Below are positions 1 through 12,439 of a stretch of DNA of 63,876 nucleotides, piece after piece. The notes under the pieces are model-generated. The model was not told the DNA's origin. It did no database searches and saw only the letters and a program-made list of their open reading frames with translations. The position numbers and the translations under genes are program-made. The stretch comes from Lama glama. Lineage: Eukaryota. The stretch is taken from contig CM052841.1 of assembly GCA_028534125.1 (NCBI GenBank), positions 55,428,001-55,491,876 of the forward strand, in the 5' to 3' direction. Within the stretch, counting starts at the first letter, position 1; each line of letters begins with the position of its first letter.

Positions 1-91
1 CCGGACTCAGAAACTGTCAGTGGGGTCCGGCCATCTGTTTTAACAAGCCCGCCAGCTGCATATGATGCAGGTTTAAGTTTGAGAATTGCTG
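1..91 (+). mobile_element. MER5A (hAT-Charlie MITE), 3' part
   Basis: tcagaaact...tgttttaacaagccc...gatgca...aagtttgagaattgctg resembles the MER5A 3' half and terminal repeat. Confidence 0.8.
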
Positions 92-270
92 AACCACAAG
101 ATCACAAAGGTACCCGCTACTTTCAGGGGACACAAGCTTAATCCTAAGGATTTTGAAAAAGGGAAGTGAAATGAAGCAACCCTTTCCTCATCTCAGATCC
201 TCCAGGCGAAGGGCTACACGGACAAGTGATGCCAGCCTCCCTATTTCCTCCTTAGGCTGTTCTCACCGCC

Positions 271-436
271 TTGCTGCTTAAATTGTAGTCCTTGGACCAA
301 CAGCATCACGGTCATCTGGGAGCTTGCTAGAAATTCACAATTTCAGGTCCCACTCCCGACCTGCTGAATCCAAATCTGCATTTTAAATAAGATCCTGAGC
401 TGATCTGAATGCACATAACATTTGCGAAGTCTGCCA
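271..436 (+). mobile_element. MER5A1/MER5-family MITE
   Basis: ggaccaacagcatc...tgggagcttgctagaaat...gacctgctgaatc..aatctgcattttaa..aagatcc resembles the MER5A1 consensus. Confidence 0.8.
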
Positions 437-657
437 CCAGATCTCTCCCCCTCCTCCCCTCCCCTCTCTTGATTCTTCTGCTAGCTCATTTTGCATCATT
501 CTTCTATTTTTCTTTCAGTTAGCCTTGGAAATGCCTGTGCACTTTCTAGAGGCACAGTTTAGACCGAGGCTGACCATCATGTTTAACAAAGTGTCCAGGA
601 TTTCATATTCAGAGCCAACAGCTAATGAAGCTGCACTTTTTGCTTCTCCCTGTGGGA

Positions 658-848
658 GGCAGTGTGGTACAGGCGAGAGTCCTGAACTCAGCCATCATCA
701 GATCAGCGTTCCAGTCCCAGCTCTGCCCCCATCTCTGTGTTTGACAAAACATTTAACCTTCGTTTCTAAAATGGAGATATTCATGCCTTTTCTCCTGGGT
801 TGTTTGTGAGGGTCAAATGAGACCATGGAAATGAACGTAAAAGACTCA
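658..848 (+). mobile_element. MIR SINE
   Basis: ggcagtgtggtac head, ccagctctgcc, aaaatgg, ggttgtttgtgagggtcaaatgaga tail. Confidence 0.75.
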
Positions 849-959
849 ATTCAAATACAAGGAATTGTAAAGACAATTAGCAAAGCCACTCTTTCCTCCC
901 CCTTTCCTCCGAGCTTTTTCAAGAGCAGTTCCTAAACTCTTGCCTCCTCACCAGATGCT

Positions 960-1520
960 GCTGAAAAACAAGCACCAATTTCCACATCCCCGGTCTCCGG
1001 GTTTTTATTAGGAAAGCAAATACTGGATTGCCCCGCCCCCTCCTTCTCAATAAAAGTGTTTATCACCCTGTAAATTCTAACATATCAGTATCTTGTTACA
1101 GAGAGGAAAGGTCGCCGCCAAGAAAGATGTGTCATTCTACAGGAAATTTGGGTTTAATATGTACAAGGGAGCCGGCACGTGGAAATCTCTTTGGAAATGA
1201 TAAAGTCCTCTAATGAAAAATACCACTACAATACTGGGCTCATTTCAGCAGATAAATATTTAATATAGATCAGCCAAGATTAATTGCCTACTGAAACGCG
1301 CCCGTCCTCTGGCTGGCGAGGAAAAAAAGAGCATCTTTACGTTAATTTATGACAGAGTTTTTGAAACAAGCAACGCTTAGCTCGGCCCCGGTTCATTCCG
1401 CCTGCCATTGAGCAATGCATCGCACGGCTCCCGAGGCCGCCTGCTCTGCGCCGGGCTCCTGCTGCAGTGTGGAGTGGACCGGCCACTCCTCCGCATACTA
1501 ATTCAGTTCTTGCCGGCATG
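960..1520. promoter_or_regulatory. Candidate conserved non-coding element / enhancer
   Basis: Repeat-free; E-box CACGTG 1176-1181; TAATTTATGACAG (Hox/Meis-like) 1343-1355; several TAAT cores; CpG-retaining 3' part (1296-1520). Conservation not tested. Confidence 0.45.
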
Positions 1521-1694
1521 GAAAAAAAAAAAAAAACAGAAAAAAAACCCCCTAAAGTGCTAGAGAATCACTGAAATCAGGACATGGCACAAACCAGTGA
1601 AAAAGACCGTCTTAGTTCTCATGGGGCCGGTGCCGAATGGATCTGCACGTTCAAAATAGAATGGGGACCACAGTGGGAATCCAGCATGCGTATG

Positions 1695-1890
1695 GCAGGC
1701 ACTGAGGGACTGACTTCAAGCACTTATCTACTTTAACTCTCACCAGCCAGAAAAGTAAGTAACAGTGTCCCCATTTTATCGCTAGGGTGGCGCTGAAGTT
1801 CAGAGAAGTTAACTGGTCTACCCAAGCCCACACAGCTAAGTGGCAGAGGGACAATTTCAACTTAGATCTTTCTGACCCCAGAGGCCATCC
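1695..1890 (-). mobile_element. MIR SINE
   Basis: cccatttt...ctgaagttcagagaagttaac...cccaagcccacacagctaagtggcagag, the reverse MIR core. Confidence 0.85.
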
Positions 1891-2299
1891 TCAGAAACCT
1901 TAATCTAATTACTCATCTGATTGCCCAAGTTTTGCACATCGGGATTAATACCGCTGAGGGAACTTCAAGTTCAGGCCTTTGACTCCAAGACTCTTTATAT
2001 CCTGCCATTCTGACTATTTATCCTTTCTCTCCCTCTGTACGTTTCTCCCCCCGCTGACTATCCATCAGGCTTTCTTGATTCCCCAATGGATTTCTGGTGC
2101 CTCATTGGTGAGTCTGCTATCATTCAGGAAGAAACACTTACTTGAGCTTTTGATTTTTGGTTGCGGCATGCTGCTAACTCATGCTGCTTTTAGGAGAACT
2201 GGGGTCCAGATTGTACAAGGAAGGAGGACCAACTGAGCTCAAACTGAGCCGCCAACTTGCCTGGACGAAAAGCTGAGCAACCTGGAAACAGAGTGATAC

Positions 2300-2560
2300 T
2301 TCTCCTCCTCCTCTTCCAATTAGCAGCACCTTCAAAACCGTCATCATTACTCACAGTCATCTCTCTATCTCCATCGCCATTAAAACAGCAGCGTTGGAAC
2401 CAATCGGACATATTACTGTTGTTACGACCAGCAAAATTGTCATCATTGATCTTCGCCGCAGCCGACATCACTCGTATTGGCAACTTTTTTTCACTATAAA
2501 GGATGTACCCTCTGCAGAGCCGAAGGCATCAAGAGCATCATCACCATCATCGCTTTTAAC
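2300..2560. repeat. Degenerate (CAT/CAC/CAG)n triplet low-complexity tract
   Basis: Recurrent catcat, caccatcatc, cagcag and cgccgcagcc with 3-nt periodicity. Confidence 0.5.
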
Positions 2561-2792
2561 CAAGAGCAACAAATGTAATGCTTGCCTACTATGTGCCGGA
2601 AATATGGAGAGTTACGGGTACAGCCTTTGCACGTACGGAATTTCGCTGTCACTGGGTAGACAAGATAACTGACAATACCAAGCTCTGATTTCAAAGACCC
2701 AAAGAGTGCTGTTCAGTGTTTTGAAGGATCAGAGACAGCCAGACATGCTGTAAGAGGCCACCCACAAGAGGACAAGGGGAACTCACTGAGCA

Positions 2793-2925
2793 GGGAATTC
2801 TAGCCTTCTGCCTGTCATTAAAGCATGACTAATTTTGACCAAGTCACCTCAACATTCCTACATCAGTTTAGTCAATAGAAAATGAGAAGTTCAGTGCTAG
2901 ATAGATTTTTAAACCCTTTTCCAGG
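2793..2925 (+). mobile_element. MIR3/MIRc fragment
   Basis: ttgaccaagtcacctcaac...cagttt..caatagaaaatgag...ctagat. Confidence 0.55.
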
Positions 2926-3332
2926 CCCCAAGACCCTTTGAACCCTTGAATTGACTGTCATGTGGTTACCTGCATTTTTTTCCCCCTAAATAGCCCAATA
3001 GTCTGGTTGATTTCATCTTGAGGAAATCAAAGGTAGTGAGAACGTTGGGATGGGGGCCAAAAGCCCACCTTGCGAATCTCTTCTGATTTCTCTCTCCTCT
3101 CTGAGGACCCCATCTCGGATTATTCGAAATGCTCACTTTACAGGGTACTGAGCACCTTATTTTAAAATAATTCACATGGTGCTTTAAGCTCTGCCTCTTG
3201 AGAGTGATCCAGCCTAGGAAAGACCGGGTTCCAAGGACCAGTTCTTGAATAACATCTTTAATATATGATGACATTATCCCTCATTATCCCTACTCAGAGG
3301 TGTCTCAGTTTTTACGTTTATTCCATACACTC

Positions 3333-3520
3333 TTCTGGGAGCACACAGCTGTAGATTTGATTCCTAGCTCTTTTCGTCATGGTCTGTGCTACCTGGGACA
3401 AGCTCATTAACTCCTCTGAACCACACAGACAGCTCATCAGTAGACATGGGAGAGCCACATCTCTGTGGTGGAGCAGTTACGAGAATTTGACTAGTGACAT
3501 ACACACAGGAACACTAAGCC
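3333..3520 (+). mobile_element. MIR SINE
   Basis: ttgattcctagctc...ctgtgctacctgggacaagctcattaactcctctgaacc. Confidence 0.7.
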
Positions 3521-3559
3521 TGCTACACTGACCTTTCCCCCTGAAGATCAGAGAAATAG

Positions 3560-3945
3560 ACATATAAACAAGGTAACGTAAATGACCTAGGGAATCAAAA
3601 TCTCACAGGTTCCCAGGATCCTGAAAGTGATACCCGAGTATGTATGTAACTACCACAGTGTCTTAGTTGTACAGTCTGGGCACCACCCACATCTGAAGGC
3701 AGCAGTTGTGACACAGTTCCAGTCCATTGTTATCTGCACACATGATGGCAAAGGTTGACCAGACTTACCAGTTTTCAAGGGAAAAAAAAAAGACATTTGA
3801 ATTTTTTTTCTGAAATCTTCCTTCCTTACTTATTTACTTATTTATTTATTAAGACAGAGGCCCATCATTCCTTTTAAAAACTCACTAGAGGCCACGTGAA
3901 AACATGTCTTGTGTTTGGACCAAGGTTTGTATATGACATATCTGG
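3560..3945 (+). mobile_element. MER45-family (hAT-Tip100) fossil
   Basis: aggtaacgtaaatga; ccagacttaccagttttcaag...tgaaatcttcc; ggccacgtgaaaacatgtct. Confidence 0.55.
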
Positions 3946-6069
3946 ACCAGAACAGATGGTGGGGGTGGTTGCTAAACGTCTAGTCTATCTGCATGTGAGG
4001 ACTCTTTCCTACTAGCCTTTTTTCTTCTCATCTCACCTGAAGAGATCCCTTTCAAGATGACAAATAACTTCAACCTCACAGTCACTTTCTGTAAATAATT
4101 CACTGGGAATGACGTCATCAGTGTGTGACTCTTGGAGGCCAGATATGTAAGAGGTAACGGTCACCACTCGGTACTTCCCCCCCCCCTTTTTGGGGATAAC
4201 TTTTCCATACCTCAGACACAAACTGGTGACCTGACGCATGCAAAATCTAATTCTAAATGCTCTGGAGAAAGAACACGGGCCTTGACCTCATCAACCAGTA
4301 GACTTCTTGCGATGAGAAGTGGGAAAAGGGGGCCAAAATATAATACAGAAAGCAATGTTTTTCATCAGTCATTTTATCAAGAAACAACCAATGAGTGTCT
4401 ACTATGTGTTATGCATCAAAGGCAAAACAAAGTGGTAGACTTTGGAGGAGGACATTGGCACATATTAACTAGGATCACACCTTTGGTTGGGGTAGCTTTG
4501 GTAAGGGGTGGGAAAAGACTTATTCCTCAACCTCATAGCCTTGGGATAGAAGACAGTCCCCTAGATGGTTAAGCAGACTCTCAGGACATCCATTCATAGA
4601 CTTCATATGAAAATTAGAAAAAAAGGTGCTCTCTCCAGTCATAAATGACAGGACAGTATCCCTTGCGGGTGAAGCCGTGCAACCTTGAGTTGCCAAGCGT
4701 ATCAAAGGTCCCTGAAGCCAATTTCCCACCTGTGCTTACATTCTCTTTGGGTCAGACTATGTTAAGGAGAATCGCTCTGGTGACAGGAGGGTGACCACCT
4801 CCTCGGTTCTATCAACGTGCTCCCTCTCATCTTCCAGCAACTCTGAAAAACTTCTCACCTGGAAGACCGTCTTCTAGTAACCACTAATTCTCTCTCTGGC
4901 GTTAGCCTATGAAGAACTTCTGATTCCCAGTGCAGTACATACATTGTCTGTATATACAAGTTTACAAGCCTCCTGCACACACTAGATATCCATCCAGTGT
5001 CAGAGGCTACTTTCTCTAGTTTTCTTTGAGAGACATGCTTCCAAGTTAGTACCGAAAAAAATCCAGCACCTGGTAACAAGCAGATGAGGAAGTTGAGCCA
5101 TCCGAAGATGTCTCTCACCTGGCTCTGTCTCCCAGGAGTAGGTGGGTGGTACTTAGCCAAAGAATAAGATCCAAAAAAGAGAAGTGAATGACAGAGTAGA
5201 CTGAAATAAATAGAGTGGCACAATGGGGCAGCTCTGCGTCTTCCCTCTACCATCCTCCATCAGCCAGAGACAAAAGGATCTCTCCACTCAAGTGTGGGGA
5301 GTTGGTTGTTTTTTAATGATGCCACGTGGATCTGCTAATTTTAAGAAAACAGTCTTAAAAAAAAAAAAACAACTTTGTTCCCAGAGTCAGGGGATGACAC
5401 TCAATGAGAGCTAATCTTCTGAAATCTCTGAGACGCCAAGGGACGCACGGAACCACACTATGTAAGAATTGCATAGACTTTATTTCTCCTTCTTTCAAAT
5501 ATCACCTCTGGAATCCTTATGAGTGTACCAGATGGAGTGCCGCATGTTTGCAAAACTCTTCTCCATCCTCTCTTATAGAGTGCGGCCATCAACATGAATG
5601 ATGGCCCCAGACTGAGTCCCAGTGATAAGCAGGGGCTCATCAACAAAAAGGCAACTGTGGGACAGTTAAAACGAGCACTCAGGGATGTGTCAGGAGGCTC
5701 GCGTGCAAGGCAATGTTCCGCCACTTACCAGGTATCTCACACTAGACAAACTGCTCAGCTGCTCAAAGCTCTGGCTGCCTCATCTTTAAAATAAGATAGT
5801 ATTACCTCCCTCACCTGGGAAAGCGGTTTGTGAATTTTAAAGCGTTACACGGGAAAGGTGTATTTGAACAGGAAGAAGGGCAAGAAAAAGGAGAAGGGAA
5901 AAGGGCAAGAAAAAGGGAGAGCACAAGGTGGGGGATTAAAATCGTGGAGTATCAGGAAAGGAAAATTTGCTCTGGTCACAAGGTGATTCAGTGCCAAGGA
6001 TGGAGTAAGATTCAGGCTCCTGGAGTCCCGGGCGGGGCTCCTGTCCCTTCACCTCCCTGGCACTGTGCA

Positions 6070-6300
6070 GAACCAGTGGTTACAAGCACTGAGTCTGGGA
6101 CCGGATTCGCCCGGGTTTGAATCACAGTTATGTGACTTCCCAGCTGCGTGACCCTGGGTCAAATACTTCTGTGAGTCTCCATTTCCTCACCTGTAAAACC
6201 AGTTTAAAGGCAGTAGCTGGCACCTAGGGCTGATGTGGGGAGCAAATGACTCAATAAGGCTGTCGCGTTGCGTAGCTATCAATATAGTCAGTATCATTAT
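6070..6300 (+). mobile_element. MIR SINE
   Basis: cagtggttacaagcac...gggtttgaatc...gctgcgtgaccctggg...tttcctcacctgtaaaa. Confidence 0.85.
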
Positions 6301-7299
6301 TGAGCTAGTTTATTCCCTCCATTCTGCCTGGGCTTCGTTTTACTTCTCAACATTGTTCTTGGTTCTGGAATGAATTGCAACTGGATCCTGTTTTGGAATT
6401 CCTCCCATTAGCTTATTCACTTCAGCTCAACTTGCAACATCAAAGGTGGGAGGGTCACCTGGTAAAGAGGTTCCAATTCCTGAACGTTCTCTCTTCGGAA
6501 GCCCCCCTCTCTGGTCGTGCCTCCCCCCCCCCCCCGCTACCACCACAACTACTGCTGCTAAATCTCAGAGCAGGCTGAGCGGAAGCTGTTAGGGACTCCG
6601 TGCTGTCTAAAGGGAAATGCAATACAACCTACACTTCCCTTTTGCTGACAAGCATCCCGGGCCTGGGTGCCCCAGTGCTTTTTCGCAAATCAAAAGAATA
6701 CAGAACGCATTATGTCGAAGCACAAGTTATCCTTTTATCGGTCAACTTGTCTGGGTCAACTGCTCCCGCGCATTTATTCTGGACATCTAAAAGATAGGAC
6801 ATCTAACAGTCCGCCTCCAATATTCCAGCTGCCTTTCACTTTGTTATCCAAAAATGATATTCTGAAATCAGGCTATTCAGATGCAATTATTAAGTACCAA
6901 AGCACTATCTTTTATCAGAGCAGTGGAAGGAATCCAAAGTCAGCGCCTGGGAGCCAGTACACAGGCACCATGGGGCCGACATTTACACGAAGGTGCCGGG
7001 TTTACCAAGCACATTTACCTCCACTCCCGCTTTTAAGCATCATTCTCTCTATCTTAGGGTGGGGGGAGGAGGTAGAAATTATAAGTTCCTCTTTAAGGAG
7101 GAGGAATTGAGGTTCAGAGAGGACAGATCATTATTCGAAGATCGAATAGAGAAAAGTACAAAGACTTGAATGCAAATCTTCCGTTGTGTTTCCTCCCACA
7201 CCCCATCCCCTTCCTTCACATCTTCCTTCTCGGGTCCAGTGACCAGCCTCCGAGGCTTTCTCTGCTGTTCCTTGAACATGTCAGCACCTGATTTAGAGA

Positions 7300-8925
7300 C
7301 TGTGTCTTCGCCCCAGGTCCTGTCTTCACTCCATGTGCCTCACGTCCAATACCCTCAGCCTCTCAGCCCCTTCAGCTACTGCATCTCAGTGATCTTCACC
7401 CCCTCAGTGTATCACCTCCCAGAGTCCCTCTAGCTCTAGACACACTGTATTCCAGTCTGACTTGTCTGTCACAATAGCTGTCCCCAGTTCTTTAAGACAC
7501 TTTAGACCCACGGCAGCCTCCTTTCCCTTTATCCACTGCCTACTCTGTTCACTTCCTTTTGGGTTGACTGAGATCAATGATCGACCCCTACATTGACTTT
7601 TGCCCCGTAACTTTAGCTCTTACCTGACCGTCCTTCCATCTCATTCACTTGGCAAAGCCCCACCCCGTTTGAACCCACATCCACCATCCATGACCTTACC
7701 TCCAGTGTTCAGTCCTTTTGGAGAATAACATCCCAGCCTCACAGGCTACAACCATCCCAGCCTGTAACCCACAATTGATGGTTACAAACACGGGCCAAGC
7801 CCGAACTGCTTCCTGGTGATCCTTTCTTATTTCCTGCATCAGATCCTTCTGCCGTTCTTCAGAATAACTATTTTACGTTACAAACGTTGGTGCTCCCCAG
7901 GACCCCCTTCTTCAGCAACTGGCTTCATATCCGGCCTCACAAAGGGAACGAAAGCCACTGGAAGTCCCTTCGAATCCGCGTGAGTAAAACCAACAGACCC
8001 ATTGGCACCCACACCTCTCTTTCCCGTCTTTCTTCCTCTTTCAGCTGAAAGGCATTCCCTCCTTTCACCTCCATCTGTGCTCTCATCCTTTCCCTCCCGC
8101 CCCCCCCAGGAATGACTTCCTCAAAATCAACCCCAGTCTGCCCCTCAGCATCCGTCTCTCCCTCTCTTAACTGTCCCTTCCCTCTCAGAAACCAAAGAAA
8201 AACAACCAAAAACCCTCTTTATTTCATATCCTTACTGCCTTTCATAGCTAGGCTTCTTAAAAAAAAAAAATCTATTCTCTTGCTTCTCACTTATTTTTCA
8301 ATGTACTGCAATCTGGCTTCTGTCCCCAGCATTCTATTTAAATAGTTCTTGCCAAGGTCAAGATTTTAAGTATAAAAGGCAATTTTCAGTTCTTACCTCA
8401 TACGATGTATCAGAAACCACGGCCTCTGGTGACCCATACCTGCCCTCTTAAACAGTCATTTATTTTAGCTTGCAGGGAATTGACTTCCTGATTCTCCTCC
8501 CAGGCTACAGGTAGATGTCTTCCTTGGTAACCTGATGACTCTGAACACTGTTTTTTTTTTTTAACCGAGCACTCTCTTTTGAGGATCACAACCATTTATA
8601 AAACAACTGCCTACCAAATCTCTATTTGAATGTTCCAGGTAGTTTAAATTCCACTTTTCCAAAGCTGACTCATCATATTCAAATACACATGATTCCCCAG
8701 AAGTCTCCATGCCTTCAAGGCTCTCTACCTTGATGACAAGTACCACCATCCACCCAGCCGACTAAGTTAAACACCCCTCCAGTCATTTTTTTTTTTCCTA
8801 TTTAACCTAGATCCAATGATCCATCACTTAAGGTATGACCTTACTAAGTCCTTTGTTTCTTGAGTCTTCCCTCTCAGCCTTCATGTTCAAACCCTGAGCC
8901 TTCTGTCTCCTTCAAGTATCTCAGG
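7300..8925 (+). mobile_element. L2 LINE, 5' segment of a long interrupted copy (decayed ORF2)
   Basis: cacttggcaaagccccaccccgtttgaaccca and caatctggcttctgtcccc...ttcttgccaaggtca are characteristic of L2 ORF2; pyrimidine-rich sense strand. Confidence 0.75.
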
Positions 8926-8929
8926 TTAA

Positions 8930-9233
8930 GGTGTCACTTACATGTCATTCTTGCAATGACGCAATTACAGAGAAGGGAAACAAATTAGTGGCTGCTCGGG
9001 GTTACGAACGATGGGAAGAAAGAGGTGTGTGTGACGCCAAGGAGAGGGCACAAGGGAAATCTCTGAGGTGATGAAGCCGTTCTGTATCTTGATGGTGGTG
9101 GTGGCTGCGTGAATTTACACATGTGATAAAATGGCACAGACCACACCCACACCAGGTACCAATGTCAATCTCCTGGTTTTGATAATGTTATGGTTATATA
9201 AGATGCAGCCATTGGGGGAAACTGGGTGAAGGG
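8930..9233 (+). mobile_element. L1MD/L1MC-type 3' end, part 1
   Basis: ttagtggctgctcgggg...ggtgatgaagccgttctgtatcttgat...gtaccaatgtcaatctcctggttttgata...ccattgggggaaactgggtgaaggg. Confidence 0.85.
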
Positions 9234-9725
9234 TGTGGGGTCCACAGATAGCTGGCAGATTCTTGCTCCAAGTCCCCTCAGGTGTCAGGTTGCTGCCCTT
9301 TACAGATAATAAAGAATATTCCTTTCTTACTGCCTACCTGCCTTAGCTGAACTAACTAGATAATGATTAACCTTACAATGCCCGGATGCCTGTCACCACG
9401 ACGGGTCACAACCCCCTACCAAAATCACTAGTCTTACCCTTTCACGACCCCCTCCCTTCCCTGTCACCTCAACATCAAATCAGAGAATTGTGCACGAGCT
9501 GATCACGCACCTCGCGACCCTCTTTGTGCCCAGTGTCATGTAAGCACAAGGAGTTAAAGGTTACCCTCCTTTCTAAAAGAACCCAGCAACCGACCCAACC
9601 CCCGGGGTGCACAGACACCTCTGTTCTGTGGCCCACTGGTGCCTACAGCAGCATATCTAATAAACTCCTTTTCTATCTTCATCTTTCTCTTTGGTAAATT
9701 CTTTCTTGTGAGGAATCCCACAACA
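9234..9725 (+). mobile_element. Solo ERV LTR (492 bp) with 5-bp TSD AAGGG
   Basis: TG...CA termini (tgtgggg...cccacaaca); AATAAA near 9659; aaggg at 9229-9233 and 9726-9730; the L1 sequence resumes seamlessly after it. Confidence 0.85.
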
Positions 9726-9797
9726 AAGGGCACATGGGATCGACCTATTCCGTCTTTGCAACTTCTTGCCAATCTATAATTATTTTAAAATATAAAA
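9726..9797 (+). mobile_element. L1MD/L1MC-type 3' end, part 2
   Basis: cacatgggat...tttgcaacttcttgccaatctataattattttaaaatataaaa is the L1MD-type terminus. Confidence 0.8.
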
Positions 9798-10027
9798 CAT
9801 ATCTCGAATCTCCATCGATGCTACTTCTGTCCGAGACACTCCCCTTTCTCACGTGGCTGGGGGCCACAGCACTCTGTTTTCCTGCCATACGTTCTGCACC
9901 CTCTCTCCCAACTTCGCCCATCCATCCATTCTCTCCATTTTAGCAGGAGTGCTCTTTCTAAGATAGACAATCTTAACATGCTTCGCCTCTGGGCACAATC
10001 CTCTAAAGAGCTCTCTACTGTCCTTAG
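9798..10027 (+). mobile_element. L2 LINE, middle segment
   Basis: ccatccattctctcca...agcaggagtgctctttctaa...aatcttaacatg. Confidence 0.7.
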
Positions 10028-10564
10028 AATCTGGTTCCTAAATTGTGTGCTGGTTCTCTGCAGGGTCTCCTGCAGAGAAGCACAGCAAACTCACAGGAGC
10101 ACAGCGGGATACTTTGAATATTCAAGGGAAATAAGGGATACTTGATATTTATTGAGCATCAGAAAAACCAGTACCTTGAGGTAGTTCACAGCTTCAATGT
10201 GAAGATACCCTACATTCCTTTCCTTTCGATACTGGCACATCTTTGTCAAGGTGCGTTGTTGGCAGTTGGTCCAATTACAAACTGCAGAAAAATTAATGAG
10301 GGACAGGAAAGGAGGGTGGCTGCAAGATTTGAGAAGTGGTACCTGTGGTTATTTCAGGATAAAATAAAAATACTTCTTTTTCCTTAGAGTTGCATGTATT
10401 ATTTTCCACACGGCCACTAAACCTTTGCGGATGCAGGTACCTCATTTAGTTATTTGGCTGTAACTACTTAATAAACAGAATTATTAGATTTCTCTGACCT
10501 AGGGAGATAAAAATCACTGAGGCTTTAAGAGCATCTTGAAATAAAAAAGCACAGGATCACCACT
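10028..10564 (+). mobile_element. MER119 (hAT-Charlie) DNA transposon
   Basis: gcaaactcacagg...gaggtagttcacagcttcaa...ctacattcctttc...taactacttaataaac follows the MER119 consensus over about 530 bp. Confidence 0.8.
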
Positions 10565-11045
10565 TTAGGGTAAAGTTCAAAGTCTTTTTACACAACAGCC
10601 ACAGAGCTTCGCGACCTGACCCCCGTCTGATTTCTCTGGCCTGCATGCTAACATTTCTCTGCCTATCACTCACACTGATTCACCTGCAGGTCCCAGAACA
10701 AGTCTGCCCCTCAAAACACACACACAGCTCTCTACCTTCCTTTGCCTAACTCCTTCATCTAGATCTTAAATTTGGAAAAAAAAAAAAAGCTTTTTTTTTC
10801 TCCTTTAAAGACTCTCTTAATCTTGCAAGACTAACTTCAGCGCCCTTTCTTTGTCCTAAGACTTCATTTCTTGCTTCTTTCCCTGCACTCCCCATCAGAG
10901 GTAGCAATTGCGTTGTTCACGGTCTGTCTCTCCCCAGCTACGTTTAGCGCCCTTGAGGGCACAGACCAGTAAGGCTTTGGTGTCATTAGAGGCAAACGCA
11001 GTCCCTGCACGTGGTAGGGACTCAACAAATACGGGCTGAATTAAC
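10565..11045 (+). mobile_element. L2 LINE, 3' end
   Basis: gtctgtctctcccc...ccttgagggcacagacc...gcacgtggtagggactcaacaaatac..gctgaat terminal motif. Confidence 0.8.
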
Positions 11046-11814
11046 GCCCAGGTGAGCAGCTCCTTCCCAAATCAGACAGTCCCAAATCATTTAGCAGCGC
11101 GGACCTCCGTATCATTTATACGCAACCTCTTTTTTTCTCACACGAGCCACACTCCCCCATCAATGTGGTAGAAAGCCAGGTGTCACACTAGAGTCACAGA
11201 GAGGCTGTCACAAGGTCGCTGGCCTTCTGTCAACAAGGCTGTGGTTTGAGACAAAGCCAACTCACCCCCACCACGGGCACACACCCAGCGCCTCCTGAAG
11301 CTGGTGATTGCAGTGAAGGTGCTTGGGTGAGCAGCCATCCCTGGGGGACCAATTTCTCCTGAGCCATCCACATCAAAGACAACCTGGCAGGCGTGGTGCA
11401 GCGGGACCTGGAAGATGAGATGTCCCAGGCTGCTCCCATCACCTGGGCTGATTAATAAATTAGATGCTTGCAAATCATGGGACGTGGACTGTTTCCATGA
11501 ATCAACTCATGCTGATCACTTAAGGATACTTTGCCAGTGCATAGGCAGTGGATTCCTGCCACATGTGCCTCGGTGTCAGAAATCTTCCTCTCTGTGGTTC
11601 TCTTTCCGTATTTCCCTCCTACCAAGTGTTTTCTTAGTATCAGAATGGGGCTATGCTGCCTTCTTGAGCACCTAGGCCACAGTGCACAGAAGTCAAGCAC
11701 CCCTCTGATGGCTGGAGGTCTCCTGCAAGCCTTCTCAGAGCTTTACGGTTGAATTTTCAGGTATGAGTGCTTCAGACACAAAGGGTAACTTGTTTCAGTG
11801 ACCAGTCCTCAAAC

Positions 11815-12012
11815 ACTTGCTCTGTGCTAAATGGGACCATTCGTTATCTTTTTAAATCTTCACAACAATCCTAGAATGTATCCCCGTTTTACAAGTGGAG
11901 AAACTGAGGTTCAGAAAGTTTAAGTAGCACGCCAGGATCTCATGGGTAAGAAGCAACAGAGCCAAGATTTCCACCAAGGTCTGCCTGAGCCTAAAGACTC
12001 GCTCTGCACCAT
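11815..12012 (-). mobile_element. MIR SINE
   Basis: aatcttcacaacaatcct...ccccgttttacaagtggagaaactgaggttcagaaagtttaagt. Confidence 0.9.
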
Positions 12013-12439
12013 GAAGCTTTAGCGGCTGTTTTAGGGTTCGCATCGGCTGAGATACTGACCTATGGCTGGAAGTTTCCATAGAAGACAAGTCAGGTGCAGA
12101 TACAGGGCCAGATGCAAAGCCTTCCTCCAGCCAGTCTGGGAATCCACTGCTAATGAGACCCAGTCATTCTCATGCCCAGAAGGAAGGCCTTGAGAAATAA
12201 AGAAATAGCCCGGAGGCAGAAACCTCAGAGTTCTGGTTCCTGTCCTAAGAGACACAAAGGCATCCAGCAGCTGGAGAACTCTCCAGGAAAGAATGCATCC
12301 TGCCACAGGGTGCCGGGAATGGAACTGGGGCAGGTATGCCCAGATGCAGCCCGGGCTGGTCTGAAGCATCTCTGTTGGTGGACCTAAGTTCGCTTGGTTG
12401 GTGAACTTCATCTTTATTAACTTTGACTTGGCTCCAGCG

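Noticed and set aside
2190-2694. Overlapping ORFs on both strands
   Set aside because: Explained by a degenerate triplet-repeat tract that is poor in stop codons.
6939-6959. RE1-like GTCAGCGCCTGGGAGCC
   Set aside because: It lacks the critical AG at the end of the right half-site.
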